64,000 bases of DNA from Acidimicrobiia bacterium (GTDB taxonomy: Bacteria > Actinomycetota > Acidimicrobiia > IMCC26256 > JACDBD01): assembly GCA_050743365.1 (NCBI GenBank), contig JBOGFI010000050.1, positions 2,917 through 66,916 of the forward strand. Direction: 5' to 3'. A program made the translations under genes and the position numbers. Shown here in pieces: positions 29,973 to 39,395 of this stretch. The stretch's first letter is position 1, and the number at the start of each line of letters is the position of its first letter. The notes under the pieces were generated by a model. That model was not told where the DNA came from and did no database searches. It saw only the letters and a list, made by a program, of their open reading frames with translations.

Positions 29973-31820
29973 TCAAGGGAGGCGGGAGAGCTCGACCGCT
30001 TCTCGGTAAAAGCCGTTCGACCGTACCAACGAGTCCGCGGTGTCGAACGCCTCGAGCTGGCCCTCGCGCAGGACTATGATGCGATCGCAGAGGTTGAGGG
30101 TCGACAGCCGGTGGGCGATGCAGACAATCATCATCTCCCTCTTCGACTCCTCGAGTGAGCGCTGGATCAGAGACTCCGAGCGGACGTCGAGCGCGCTCGT
30201 CGGCTCGTCGAGAACCAGCACGTCCGGGCGCGTCACGAGCGCCCGGGCCAGGCAAATCCGCTGGCGCTGACCGCCTGACACAGCATCGGCCCGTTGACCG
30301 ACCACGGTGCAATACCCCTGCGGCCAGGAGCAGATCTCGTCATGGACGTGGGCCAAGCGCGCGGCGTGCTCCACCTCCTCGTCGCTGATTCCGTCGCGAA
30401 GAAACCGGATGTTGTCGGCCACTGTCCCGCTCAGCAGCTTCGGGTCTTGCGGCACGAATGCGACCAGCCGCCGCCAGTCGGCGAGACGGTACTGCGCGGC
30501 CGTCCGGCTGTTCACGAAAAGCTCGCCGCTCGACGGCTGTCGAAGCCGGAGGATGAGCTGGACGAGCGTGGACTTGCCGGCGCCGCTGGGACCGATGATG
30601 CCGGTCGCCTCACCGCGAGATATCTGGAAGCTGACGTTCTTGAGCACTGGCACACCGGGCTTGTACTCGAACCACACGCCGTCGAACGCGAGTCCCTCGA
30701 CGCAAGCCAGCGCCTCGTCACCCGACTGCGCCCGGTTGGCCTCGTAGACCGCCTGCCGCTCGAGGAGGTGCTCGATGTACGGCATAACCTCATTTGCCGC
30801 GTGGTAGCGGTCCTGTGCGGTCTGGGAATAGCCGAGGGCCCGCAGGAAGATCAGACCGATAGCTCCGAGGCTCGCCACCTGCGCACTACCGGTTAGGTAT
30901 ACGACGGCAAGCCCCCCCAGGATCAGGCTGACCGCGGCGTTTTGGTAGACAGCGGGGACGACGTCGCGGAGGAGCTCAGTCCGGAACTGGTACCGGCTGA
31001 CGTCGTCGACCTGTCGGTCGACGATGTGGCGCTGCTGCTCTTCCACGCCGAAGGCCTGCACCTCCTCGATGATCCGGACCGCTTCGCTGATGGAGCCGGC
31101 ATACTTGAGCCCCTCGGCGGCACGCCGGCGTGACTGGTGGCGGATCAATCGCGCGAGGGGCCGTAGGAGGAAGAAGAACGCCACGACCGAGACCACGATG
31201 CTCATCGCCGCGGGCGGGTTCAGGATGATGGCCGAGATCATCAGCGTCGTGAAGTTGAACGCAGCTGTGATGACATCGCTTATGAAACGGACGGCGTTGG
31301 ACACCCGGTTGACCTGCGTCGTCAGCAGCTCTTGAAGGTGACCTTCACGCTCTTGCGACTGGACATCCCAGGTCGCATGCACGAAGTCCTCGAAGATCGA
31401 CTTGCGGAATTGCTCCTGCACGTCGGTGCTCATGCGGGCCGGGAGGTAAGCGGCGAAAAGCTGGAGCCCCAGGCGTACGACGGCAAGGACAAAGCCGACG
31501 GCAAAGAGCGCACCGACACTCACCGACCCGCCAAGCGGACCCGCATCGAGGTCGACGTGGTCATCGCCAGTGGAAATAGCGAGAGTTAACCGAACGATGA
31601 TGACGAGCGCTGACGCTTCGGCGAGCGCCGACCCGATCGCGCACGCGGCCAATAGGGCCACATGCCAACGCCTGCCGCCGAGCAACGCGCTGAGCGGCCG
31701 CAGCGAAGCTTGGGACTTCCGCTCGGGCTCTCTACCTGTTTCAGCCCGTACTCTTCGAAGGAAGCGCCGCGCCGCCCGCAATCGGGAGTCTGGATCGGTA
31801 CTGGTGGTCTCGTGCGCCAC
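29973..31820 (-). CDS. ABC exporter, fused permease-ATPase (MsbA/PglK-like half transporter)
   Basis: 615 aa with six N-terminal hydrophobic spans. It has Walker A GPSGAGKST, signature LSGGQRQR and Walker B VLVLDEPTSALD. Confidence 0.85.
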   Translation of the reverse strand: MAHETTSTDPDSRLRAARRFLRRVRAETGREPERKSQASLRPLSALLGGRRWHVALLAACAIGSALAEASALVIIVRLTLAISTGDDHVDLDAGPLGGSVSVGALFAVGFVLAVVRLGLQLFAAYLPARMSTDVQEQFRKSIFEDFVHATWDVQSQEREGHLQELLTTQVNRVSNAVRFISDVITAAFNFTTLMISAIILNPPAAMSIVVSVVAFFFLLRPLARLIRHQSRRRAAEGLKYAGSISEAVRIIEEVQAFGVEEQQRHIVDRQVDDVSRYQFRTELLRDVVPAVYQNAAVSLILGGLAVVYLTGSAQVASLGAIGLIFLRALGYSQTAQDRYHAANEVMPYIEHLLERQAVYEANRAQSGDEALACVEGLAFDGVWFEYKPGVPVLKNVSFQISRGEATGIIGPSGAGKSTLVQLILRLRQPSSGELFVNSRTAAQYRLADWRRLVAFVPQDPKLLSGTVADNIRFLRDGISDEEVEHAARLAHVHDEICSWPQGYCTVVGQRADAVSGGQRQRICLARALVTRPDVLVLDEPTSALDVRSESLIQRSLEESKREMMIVCIAHRLSTLNLCDRIIVLREGQLEAFDTADSLVRSNGFYREAVELSRLP

Positions 31821-31945
31821 GGTGGGTCGGATCCCGCTCGTCGGGTGCGCTGTCCGCCCCCTTACTCGCGGAGGATACGAGAGCGTACACGTCGCCGCGA
31901 AGGCGACCGATCGGCCTCAAGAGCATTCAACTAGGCTGCCTGCAG

Positions 31946-32164
31946 ATGATGGGCCTCGAGAAGGTGGCCGTTTCCGTCATCACGCCGACCTACCTGCGAC
32001 CGGTCCATGTTGGCGAGTTGGTGGAAAATCTGAAGGCACAGACGCTCCCGCCGGTCGAGCTCATTCTCGTCGACGCCGCTCCGCCCGCGGACGATGCCAC
32101 CGGGATCGCCGGGGTTCTGCGCGTGGCAAGACGCCCGGGGCCGGACCCGTGCGCCTCGTCGTAG
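31946..32164 (+). pseudogene. GT2 glycosyltransferase N-terminal remnant (72 codons)
   Basis: VSVITPTYLRPVHVGELVENLKAQTLPPVELILVDAAPPADD aligns with the N-terminus of the intact GT2 at 37280..38281 (LSVVTPTLGRPAEVESLLRNLAGQRLLPTEVIVVDGAARGDD). The ORF then stops, and its end overlaps the GT4 start. Confidence 0.55.
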
Positions 32165-33339
32165 TCTCCCACAAGCCGGTCTGGCCCAGTGCGGCGGCCG
32201 AATCGGGCTACGCGACGACGGGAGGCTTCCCCTTCCAGATGCGGGCGCTGGCGGAGCTCTTCGACGCCACAACGCTTTGCCTGCCGGTCGAGGACGTCCC
32301 GAGCAGCACGTGCGGGGTCGCTATCGACGGCGCGCGGCTGCGGGTCGTGCCTTTGGGTCCACTCAAGGGTGCGGGGATCGCTCGCAGAGCCAGGTTGCCG
32401 CTGTGGGTCGCCGCGAATCTGCCTCGGCTCGTGCGGGCCGTTCGGCGTGCTGACGCCGTGCACGTGCCAATCCCCGGAGACGTCGGGACGATCGGCATCC
32501 TGGTCGCAGAGGCGTTGCGACGGCCGCTGTTCGTACGCCATTGTGGCAACTGGGCGGTTCCCCGTACTCCAGCCGAGCGGCTATGGCGCTGGTACATGGA
32601 GCGTGCCATCGGCGGACGACGGGTGATGGTCGCAACCGGAGAAGGCGACCGGCCGCCGTCAACCACCAACGATGCGATGACATGGATCTTCTCGACCACG
32701 CTTACCGAGCGGGAGCTAGCAGAGCGCAGGCGCGTCAGGGTGCGCCCGGCCATGCCGGCCGCACTCGTGACCGTGGGCCGGCAGGTGCACCTCAAGGGGA
32801 CAGCGACTGCGATCGAAGCGGTGCGCATTCTCGGCGATCGGGGCGTGGACGCAACACTCGACGTGGTCGGCGACGGGCCGGACCTCTATAGCTTCCGCGA
32901 GCTCGCGTCGCGCCTTGGTGTCGCCGAACAGGTCCGCTTCCACGGCCAGGTTGGTCACGACGACGTCATGGCCATCCTCGACGCCGCCGACGTCTTCGTG
33001 TTCCCCACTGCCGCTTCGGAGGGCTTCCCGAAAGCCGTCCTGGAGGCGCTGGCTTCCGGCCTGCCGGTCGTCACCTCGTCGGTCTCGTCGCTTCCCAACC
33101 TCGTGGGGCGTGCCGGGGTGGTGCTCGAGGACCCGTCCGCGGACGCGGTCGCCGCGTCAATCGAGCGCGTAGTGAGCGATACCGAGGTCTACCAGCGGTT
33201 GTCGGAGGACGCGGTCGCCGCTGCCGCCGACCGGAGCCTGGAACGCTGGCGCGACACTCTCGGAGGTCTTCTCACTGAGCGTTGGGGACAGCTCAGGGAC
33301 GGTCGCCACATTCCCGAGGACCGCCGATGGTCGGCCTGA
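32149..33339 (+). CDS. GT4 family glycosyltransferase
   Basis: GTG 32149 inside ORF 31570..33339 gives the N-terminus VRLVVVSHKP. The C-terminal motif is FPTAASEGFPKAVLEALASGLPVV. The upstream part of the track ORF is antisense to the ABC gene. Confidence 0.8.
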   Translation: MRLVVVSHKPVWPSAAAESGYATTGGFPFQMRALAELFDATTLCLPVEDVPSSTCGVAIDGARLRVVPLGPLKGAGIARRARLPLWVAANLPRLVRAVRRADAVHVPIPGDVGTIGILVAEALRRPLFVRHCGNWAVPRTPAERLWRWYMERAIGGRRVMVATGEGDRPPSTTNDAMTWIFSTTLTERELAERRRVRVRPAMPAALVTVGRQVHLKGTATAIEAVRILGDRGVDATLDVVGDGPDLYSFRELASRLGVAEQVRFHGQVGHDDVMAILDAADVFVFPTAASEGFPKAVLEALASGLPVVTSSVSSLPNLVGRAGVVLEDPSADAVAASIERVVSDTEVYQRLSEDAVAAAADRSLERWRDTLGGLLTERWGQLRDGRHIPEDRRWSA

Positions 33340-34709
33340 GCGCGTCCGCGGCCGCCAGCGAGCGCACACGGCTGCTGACGCCGAGCCGCCTCGTCGACCT
33401 CCCGCTCGTCTTCCTGGCCGCCCACATAGCGCTCGGACCGGTCTTCGCCCAGTGGAGCGCTGTGAGCACCGTCCACGCCTACGTCACCGTGGCCATCACC
33501 ATGACGTGGGCGGCCTTCGGTCGCAAGCTCGAGCGGGTCGTCGCCGGCGCCGGCTACGTGGCGATGTGCGATGTGCTGTGGAGAGGCGCACACGCGCGTT
33601 TCTTCCACGAGGGGGCGAAGTACGTCGTGACCGCTGTCTTGCTCCTGGCGATGGTGCGGTTCGTGCGGACGCGGCGGCGCGCGTTGCTGCCGCTCGCCTA
33701 TCTGGCGTTGCTACTGCCCTCGGCGTTGCTCACCGTGGACGCCAGCGGCCTCGCCGGCGGTCGCGAGCCGCTGAGCTTCAATCTTTCCGGGCCGCTCACG
33801 CTGGCCGTCTCCGCGGTGTTCTTTCTCCAGATCCGCTGCTCGTGGCGTGAGTTGCGCCACGTCTTCGTCATCATGCTGGGTCCCATTACCGCGCTGGCGT
33901 CTGCGGCGACGTACATCATCTTGACCGAGGACATCGTCTTCGCCACCGAGAGCACTCGACTCGCGAGCGTCGGCCGCTTTGCCCGCGGCTTTGGCCCGAA
34001 TCAGGTCTCGGCCGTCCTCGGGCTCGGCGCCCTGATCTGCCTGCTGCTCCTGCTACGCGAGCGTCGGAGCCTCGCGCGTCCTATCGAACTCGTGCTCGGT
34101 CTGTGGTTCTTCGGGACGTGCGTGCTGACGTTCTCGCGCGGCGGTGCCTTCAACTTTGTCGTCGCCGGCGGGGTCGCGGTGCTCTTGCAACTCGCTCGCG
34201 GCCGCGGGCACGCGAAGACGCTCGCGATCCTGGGCGTCGCGGTCGTTGCCGGGGTCGTGGTCTTCAGCCGGCTTGACACCTTCACCGGCGGGGCGCTCGA
34301 GCGGCGCTTCGCCGAGCGGAGCACGACCGGCCGCACCGAAATCGCCGAGACGGACCTCGACATCTGGGCCGGTCACCGCTTGGCCGGGGTCGGCCCGGGC
34401 CGTTCGCCGGAGTTCCGCAGTGGAGAGCTCGAGGAGGATGTCACCCACACCGAGTTCACGAGGGCGCTCGCCGAACACGGCATGCTCGGGTTGCTCGCCA
34501 TGGTCGGACTCCTTGCGGTCGCGGGCCGGGCGGTCATCGCCGCGCCGAACTCGTGGAGCAGAACGGTGACGATCGCGCTCATGCTCTGGGCGGTCGCCGA
34601 CATGGCGCATACCGCGATGCGCCTCGCCGCGCCGGGATTCGTGTTCGGCCTCGCTATGGCGAGGGTCATCTCCATGACCACGGCGGGCCCGGAGCAACCA
34701 TCGACATGA
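33327..34709 (+). CDS. Wzy_C-domain protein (O-antigen polymerase/ligase or O-oligosaccharyltransferase family)
   Basis: ATG 33327 inside ORF 33282..34709 overlaps the GT4 stop. The protein has at least 10 hydrophobic spans. Motifs are LTFSRGG and an external-loop HTEFTRALAEHGMLG. Confidence 0.75.
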   Translation: MVGLSASAAASERTRLLTPSRLVDLPLVFLAAHIALGPVFAQWSAVSTVHAYVTVAITMTWAAFGRKLERVVAGAGYVAMCDVLWRGAHARFFHEGAKYVVTAVLLLAMVRFVRTRRRALLPLAYLALLLPSALLTVDASGLAGGREPLSFNLSGPLTLAVSAVFFLQIRCSWRELRHVFVIMLGPITALASAATYIILTEDIVFATESTRLASVGRFARGFGPNQVSAVLGLGALICLLLLLRERRSLARPIELVLGLWFFGTCVLTFSRGGAFNFVVAGGVAVLLQLARGRGHAKTLAILGVAVVAGVVVFSRLDTFTGGALERRFAERSTTGRTEIAETDLDIWAGHRLAGVGPGRSPEFRSGELEEDVTHTEFTRALAEHGMLGLLAMVGLLAVAGRAVIAAPNSWSRTVTIALMLWAVADMAHTAMRLAAPGFVFGLAMARVISMTTAGPEQPST

Positions 34710-35758
34710 GGGCGAGCCGCCCGCGGCTCTGCGTCGCGGGCCCACTGCTCGGGACGAATCCGGGCTGGGTTCCCAGCCAGGGTGAGATCTTGGCGGAGCA
34801 CTTCCGAGCGGAGGGTTACGAGGTCCGGTTGACCTCGCGCCGTGTGCGCCGGCTCCCCCGACTCATGGACACGGTCGTGGCGCTCATCCGATGGCGTCGC
34901 CGTGTTGACGTGCTGCACGTGCTGGTCTTCAGTGGACTCGCGTTCGCGATGGCGGACCTGACCGCAACGCTCGGGCGGATGCTGGGTCTCCCGGTGGTCC
35001 TGCACCTTCATGGCGGAGCCCTCCCCGAGTTCGCGGTCCGGCATCCGCGATGGGTCAGTCGTGTTCTCGACCGCGGGGACGCCCTCGTCTCACCGTCCCG
35101 ATACTTGAGCTCGAAGCTCCCGGTGACGCGCCGTGGGATCGCCGTGATTCCGAACCTCATCTCGATCGACGACTATCCGTTCCGGCTGCGAGGTCCGGTA
35201 GGGCCTTCGCTGCTGTGGATGCGGACATTTCATCCCAACTACAACCCCGACCTTGCCCTCGAGGTACTCGCACGCCTCCGGACCCGACATCCCGCCACCA
35301 CGCTGACGATGGCCGGTCAGGAGAAGGGGAAATTGGCTCGCGTTCGAGCGCGCGCCCGAGAGCTGGGGCTCGATGCCGCGGCGCGCTTCGTCGGGTTCCT
35401 CGACCTCGCCGGTAAGCAGCGGGAGTTCGCCCGCCACGACATCTTCCTGAACACCAATCGGGTCGACAACATGCCCGTGAGCGTGCTCGAGGCCGCCGCA
35501 TTCGGCCTGCCCATCGTCGCCACCGAGGTCGGAGGCATCCCGTACCTCCTCGAGCACGAGCACACTGCGCTCCTCGTCCCCAACGATGACGCGACCGCAA
35601 TGGCGTGCGCCATCGAGCGGCTTCTTGCGGAGCCCTCGCTCGCGCAGGCACTGTCGCGCAACGGGCGGTCCCTCGCCGAGGCTTCGGCGTGGCCCTCCGT
35701 CTTCGCTCTGTGGGAGCCGCTCCTCGACGAAGTGGCACGGCACCGTGCGCCTGCTTGA
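34706..35758 (+). CDS. GT4 family glycosyltransferase
   Basis: ATG 34706 inside ORF 34553..35758, in an ATGA overlap. The EX7E-type region reads NRVDNMPVSVLEAAAFGLPIV. Confidence 0.8.
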   Translation: MRASRPRLCVAGPLLGTNPGWVPSQGEILAEHFRAEGYEVRLTSRRVRRLPRLMDTVVALIRWRRRVDVLHVLVFSGLAFAMADLTATLGRMLGLPVVLHLHGGALPEFAVRHPRWVSRVLDRGDALVSPSRYLSSKLPVTRRGIAVIPNLISIDDYPFRLRGPVGPSLLWMRTFHPNYNPDLALEVLARLRTRHPATTLTMAGQEKGKLARVRARARELGLDAAARFVGFLDLAGKQREFARHDIFLNTNRVDNMPVSVLEAAAFGLPIVATEVGGIPYLLEHEHTALLVPNDDATAMACAIERLLAEPSLAQALSRNGRSLAEASAWPSVFALWEPLLDEVARHRAPA

Positions 35759-35795
35759 CGTCCACCATCGATCCCCGTACGCGCTCCGCGTCGCC

Positions 35796-37133
35796 ATGGC
35801 GACGGCTCACGGTTGGCATCTCGACCGCTGGCGCTACGGACGGGATCTCGACGAGCACGTCGCCCGCACGGTCGAGCGCGAGCAGTGGCCAGCTGCTCGA
35901 TGGAACGAATGGCGAGACCATTCCCTTGCGCGCCTGCTGCATCACGCCGCCACGACGGTGCCGTGGTACCGCGACGACTGGGCGGCGCGCCGTCGGCGGG
36001 GCGATCGTGGTTCCTGGGAGGAGCTCGAGCGCTGGCCGGTGCTCCCCAAGTCGACGGTTCGGAGCAGCCCGCGTGCATTCGTCTCAGACCGTCCCCGATC
36101 TCCCAAGCTGTTCGAGGATCACACCAGCGGCACGACGGGAACACCGCTCAGCGTCTGGCTCGACCGCCCGGCGGTGCGGGCCTGGTACGCGCTCTTCGAG
36201 GCGCGGGTCCGGCGCTGGAACGGTGTCCGCCGAGGCGACCGGTGGGCGGTGATCGGCGGGCAGCTGGTTGTCCCCGTCGACCGCGCCGACCCGCCCTATT
36301 GGGTATGGAACGCCAGCAGCCGTCAGCTTTACCTCTCTGCGTTTCACATCCGGGCCGCCGCGGCACCAGCCTACGTTCGGGCGCTGCGCAAGCACCGGGT
36401 CCGCTGGCTGCTGGGTTATCCCTCGGCGATCGCGAGCCTCGCGCGGGCGGCCGAGGAGGCCGGCGTCTTGCCACCGCCGCTCGAGGTCGTGGTCACGAAC
36501 GCGGAGCCGCTCCTCCAGCGGCAGAAGGCGCTCATCGAGCGCGTCTTCCGGTGTCCCGTCCGCGACACCTACGGCATGGCCGAGGCGGTGGCGGGCGCCT
36601 CCGCGTGCGGTAGCGGCGTGCTCCACCTGTGGCCAGATGCGGGTGTCATCGAGGTTCTGAACCGCACCCACGGCGCGCCAGTGCCTCCTGGCACGACGGG
36701 CCGGTTCGTGTGTACCGGCCTGGTCAACTGGGCGATGCCCCTGGTGCGTTACGACATCGGTGACCGAGGACGAGTAGCCGAGGCGTCAGCCTGCAAATGC
36801 GGGCGACTCCTCCCGACGCTTGCCGCCGTCGAAGGTCGCGACGACGACGTCGTCGTCACGAGGGATGGGCGCTTGATCGGTCGCCTCGATCCGGTGTTCA
36901 AGTCTGACCTACCGGTAGTCGAGGCACAGATCGTCCAGCACGACCTCGATCGCTTCGAGATCGCGTTGGTCCCCGCCTACGGCTTCGATGACTATTGGGC
37001 CCAGGTGCTGCGATCCCGGCTGAGACAACGCGTGGGCGACGTGGCGGTCGAAATTCGGACGGTGGAGGCCATTCCCCGAGGAGCCAACGGAAAGTTCCGC
37101 GCGGTTATATCGGAGCTGACCAGCAGCCGGTGA
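35796..37133 (+). CDS. PaaK/CapK-like adenylate-forming ligase
   Basis: ATG 35796 inside ORF 35586..37133 (GTG 35745 is an alternative). Motifs are HTSGTTGTPL, VRDTYGMAE and the C-terminal GANGKFRAV. Confidence 0.7.
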   Translation: MATAHGWHLDRWRYGRDLDEHVARTVEREQWPAARWNEWRDHSLARLLHHAATTVPWYRDDWAARRRRGDRGSWEELERWPVLPKSTVRSSPRAFVSDRPRSPKLFEDHTSGTTGTPLSVWLDRPAVRAWYALFEARVRRWNGVRRGDRWAVIGGQLVVPVDRADPPYWVWNASSRQLYLSAFHIRAAAAPAYVRALRKHRVRWLLGYPSAIASLARAAEEAGVLPPPLEVVVTNAEPLLQRQKALIERVFRCPVRDTYGMAEAVAGASACGSGVLHLWPDAGVIEVLNRTHGAPVPPGTTGRFVCTGLVNWAMPLVRYDIGDRGRVAEASACKCGRLLPTLAAVEGRDDDVVVTRDGRLIGRLDPVFKSDLPVVEAQIVQHDLDRFEIALVPAYGFDDYWAQVLRSRLRQRVGDVAVEIRTVEAIPRGANGKFRAVISELTSSR

Positions 37134-37182
37134 CCGGTCGCTGTGATCACACGGGCCTGAGGTCCCAAGAACGCGCCCGCCA

Positions 37183-37220
37183 CTGGCGTCCGTCCGACGC
37201 CAGCTCGTTTAGGTTTATCT
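37183..37220 (+). terminator. Intrinsic terminator between convergent CapK-like and GT2 genes
   Basis: A perfect 8-bp stem CTGGCGTC-cgtcc-GACGCCAG (37183-37203) is followed by the T-rich ctcgtttaggtttatct, 50 nt after the stop at 37133. Confidence 0.5.
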
Positions 37221-37279
37221 CGCTGACCGATAACCGGCGCGCGGCCATGAGCTGCACCATTGTGGATTATGCGGGACCG

Positions 37280-38281
37280 TCAATCCGGGTTGTTGTCCTC
37301 CCTACGGCCACGGCGAATCAGCGTCGCTTTGACGATACCAACCGACTTTCCAACACAACTCTCCAGCGAACCTAGGCCCGGATGTCTCACAAGCGCGGCA
37401 ACGGCGGCGGCCCATTGGGTCAGTTGCACCAACCACCACCGCACTTCCTGGCGAACGGACCGTTGGGGAAGGATGTCGAGAAAGAGGTAGCGATAGTTCA
37501 CGGCTGACTTCTGGCCCGTCAGAAATGGCGATTCTCGAGCAACCGCCACACGTAGGTGCGAACACCTGGCTGACCCCAACTCGTAAAGTAACCACCCTCG
37601 CTGGCTTGCCCGCAGAGCATGATGAGCATCCTCCATGACTCCATGGCCCGAAAAGAACGGATCGAAGTAGACACCTTGGTCGAATACCTCGCGTCGCCAT
37701 ACGGCACACCCAGCGCCCATAAAGTCGATCCTTCGTAATCCGCTGTGTGGTGCCTGCAGATAGCGATTGATAGGATATCCCGATGAGTAGTCGAAATGGC
37801 CGGGCTCGATCGTCGAAAACAAGTGCAACTTCCGGTACCATCGCCACCGACGTGATGTGAACGGATTAAGGAACGCATTTGTTATATAACCCGAAATTCC
37901 GCCGATCACGTGACTGCTGTCGCGCTGAAATTCGCGAATGATGTTCTCGAGGAACGTCGGTTCAAGCCGGATGTCGTCATCGATCAGGCATACAAACGCT
38001 CCGATCGCGGCGTGGATACCGACATTGCGCTGCACTGCAGTCCCTCGCGGAGCGCGCTGATAGTGGACACCGAACGGAAGATCCTTAGCGATCGCACACA
38101 CCACGCGGGATGTCCGATCATCACCGCGAGCGGCTCCGTCAACGACGATGACTTCTGTAGGAAGGAGCCTCTGACCAGCCAGGTTCCGGAGTAAGCTCTC
38201 GACTTCCGCCGGGCGACCAAGCGTGGGCGTAACAACCGAAAGCTGTACCTCTTCGGGTGTGTAGCCCATCTCAGTCGACAT
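37280..38281 (-). CDS. GT2 family glycosyltransferase
   Basis: 333 aa: LSVVTPTLGRP, VIVVDGA, LIDDD, plus C-terminal hydrophobic segments. It lies in a visibly lower-GC segment. Confidence 0.8.
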   Translation of the reverse strand: MSTEMGYTPEEVQLSVVTPTLGRPAEVESLLRNLAGQRLLPTEVIVVDGAARGDDRTSRVVCAIAKDLPFGVHYQRAPRGTAVQRNVGIHAAIGAFVCLIDDDIRLEPTFLENIIREFQRDSSHVIGGISGYITNAFLNPFTSRRWRWYRKLHLFSTIEPGHFDYSSGYPINRYLQAPHSGLRRIDFMGAGCAVWRREVFDQGVYFDPFFSGHGVMEDAHHALRASQRGWLLYELGSARCSHLRVAVARESPFLTGQKSAVNYRYLFLDILPQRSVRQEVRWWLVQLTQWAAAVAALVRHPGLGSLESCVGKSVGIVKATLIRRGRREDNNPD

Positions 38282-38506
38282 ACCCGCGCCTAGGGTGGGT
38301 GCTTCACGCCGAGGCTGAACGAGTCCGGCGGAGGCGTTCAGCTCCAGGGCTCAAGTGTCTCGAACTCCGAGTCGTGAGGCGCTCCCGCGGCCGGTGGATG
38401 GCCTCTGATTCATGCTAGCGGCGGACGTGGACGCCAGCCTGGTCAAGGTCCGGAAGGGGCCTATCGCGGGCGCTGCGCCCCTGAAGAGCAACGAGTATTA
38501 CCTTCT

Positions 38507-39316
38507 GTGGGTATGGGGCGACTACAACAGTTCGCCCGCCAACTCTGGGTCCGGCATCTTCGAGAGCGACTTCCCGACGATCCGGTCACACGGCAGCGGG
38601 TCAAGCTCCTTTGGCACTTTTGGGGCTACTGGCCGCTTCTACTCCCCTCTGCACTCAGTGTGAAGCGGCGGTTGGAGCTCCTTTGGCGTTTCGCGATCGT
38701 CGACTGGTTTGTGCCTCACGCCCACACGCCGAGCGAAGTCAGCAGGATTGTTCGCGCTCTGGCGTCTCGCCGGGGAAAGGGCGAGTGGGTGATCGAGGCC
38801 GGATGCTGGCGAGGCGGTAGCACTGCCAAGTTCAGTCTCGCGTGTGCGTTGCTCGGCTACCGCCTAGCCATCTACGACTCCTTCCAGGGAGTCGAACCGA
38901 TCGGCACCGAGGGCGGTGTATACGACTTCTCAGATCAATACCAAGCGACAGAGGAGCTCGTACGGGGTCACGTATCCCGCTATGGGATCATCAAAGTGTG
39001 TGAGTTCCATCCCGGCTGGTTTGCTCACACACTCCGGCCCGAAAAGGCTCCCAGGCCGATCCGACTCGTGTACATCGACTGCGATCTAGCGAAGGGCACG
39101 CGTGAGGTACTTGACGGTGTAGCCGGCAACCTGACGAACGACGCGCTCATCTTCTCGCAGGACTATCACATACCCGCGGTACGGAGGCTCCTCGATGACC
39201 GATCGATCCGGCGCTCGCTGGGCATCGATTCGACGGATCCAGTCGTAGTAGCTGGACACACCGCTATCATGGCCTTGAGTGGAGCATCGACAACCTTGAA
39301 TCGTTCCCGCGACTGA
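38507..39316 (+). CDS. TylF/MycF-like SAM-dependent O-methyltransferase
   Basis: 269 aa. VIEAGCWRGGSTAKFS, YDSFQG and VYIDCDL resemble the macrocin-O-methyltransferase family. Confidence 0.65.
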   Translation: MGMGRLQQFARQLWVRHLRERLPDDPVTRQRVKLLWHFWGYWPLLLPSALSVKRRLELLWRFAIVDWFVPHAHTPSEVSRIVRALASRRGKGEWVIEAGCWRGGSTAKFSLACALLGYRLAIYDSFQGVEPIGTEGGVYDFSDQYQATEELVRGHVSRYGIIKVCEFHPGWFAHTLRPEKAPRPIRLVYIDCDLAKGTREVLDGVAGNLTNDALIFSQDYHIPAVRRLLDDRSIRRSLGIDSTDPVVVAGHTAIMALSGASTTLNRSRD

Positions 39317-39395
39317 GAAGTTCACCTGCGGACTCAGTCGATGCGTCGCGTGGTCGCTCGAGCAACGTGGGTGGGGTCCGCGTGGTGTGTCGACC

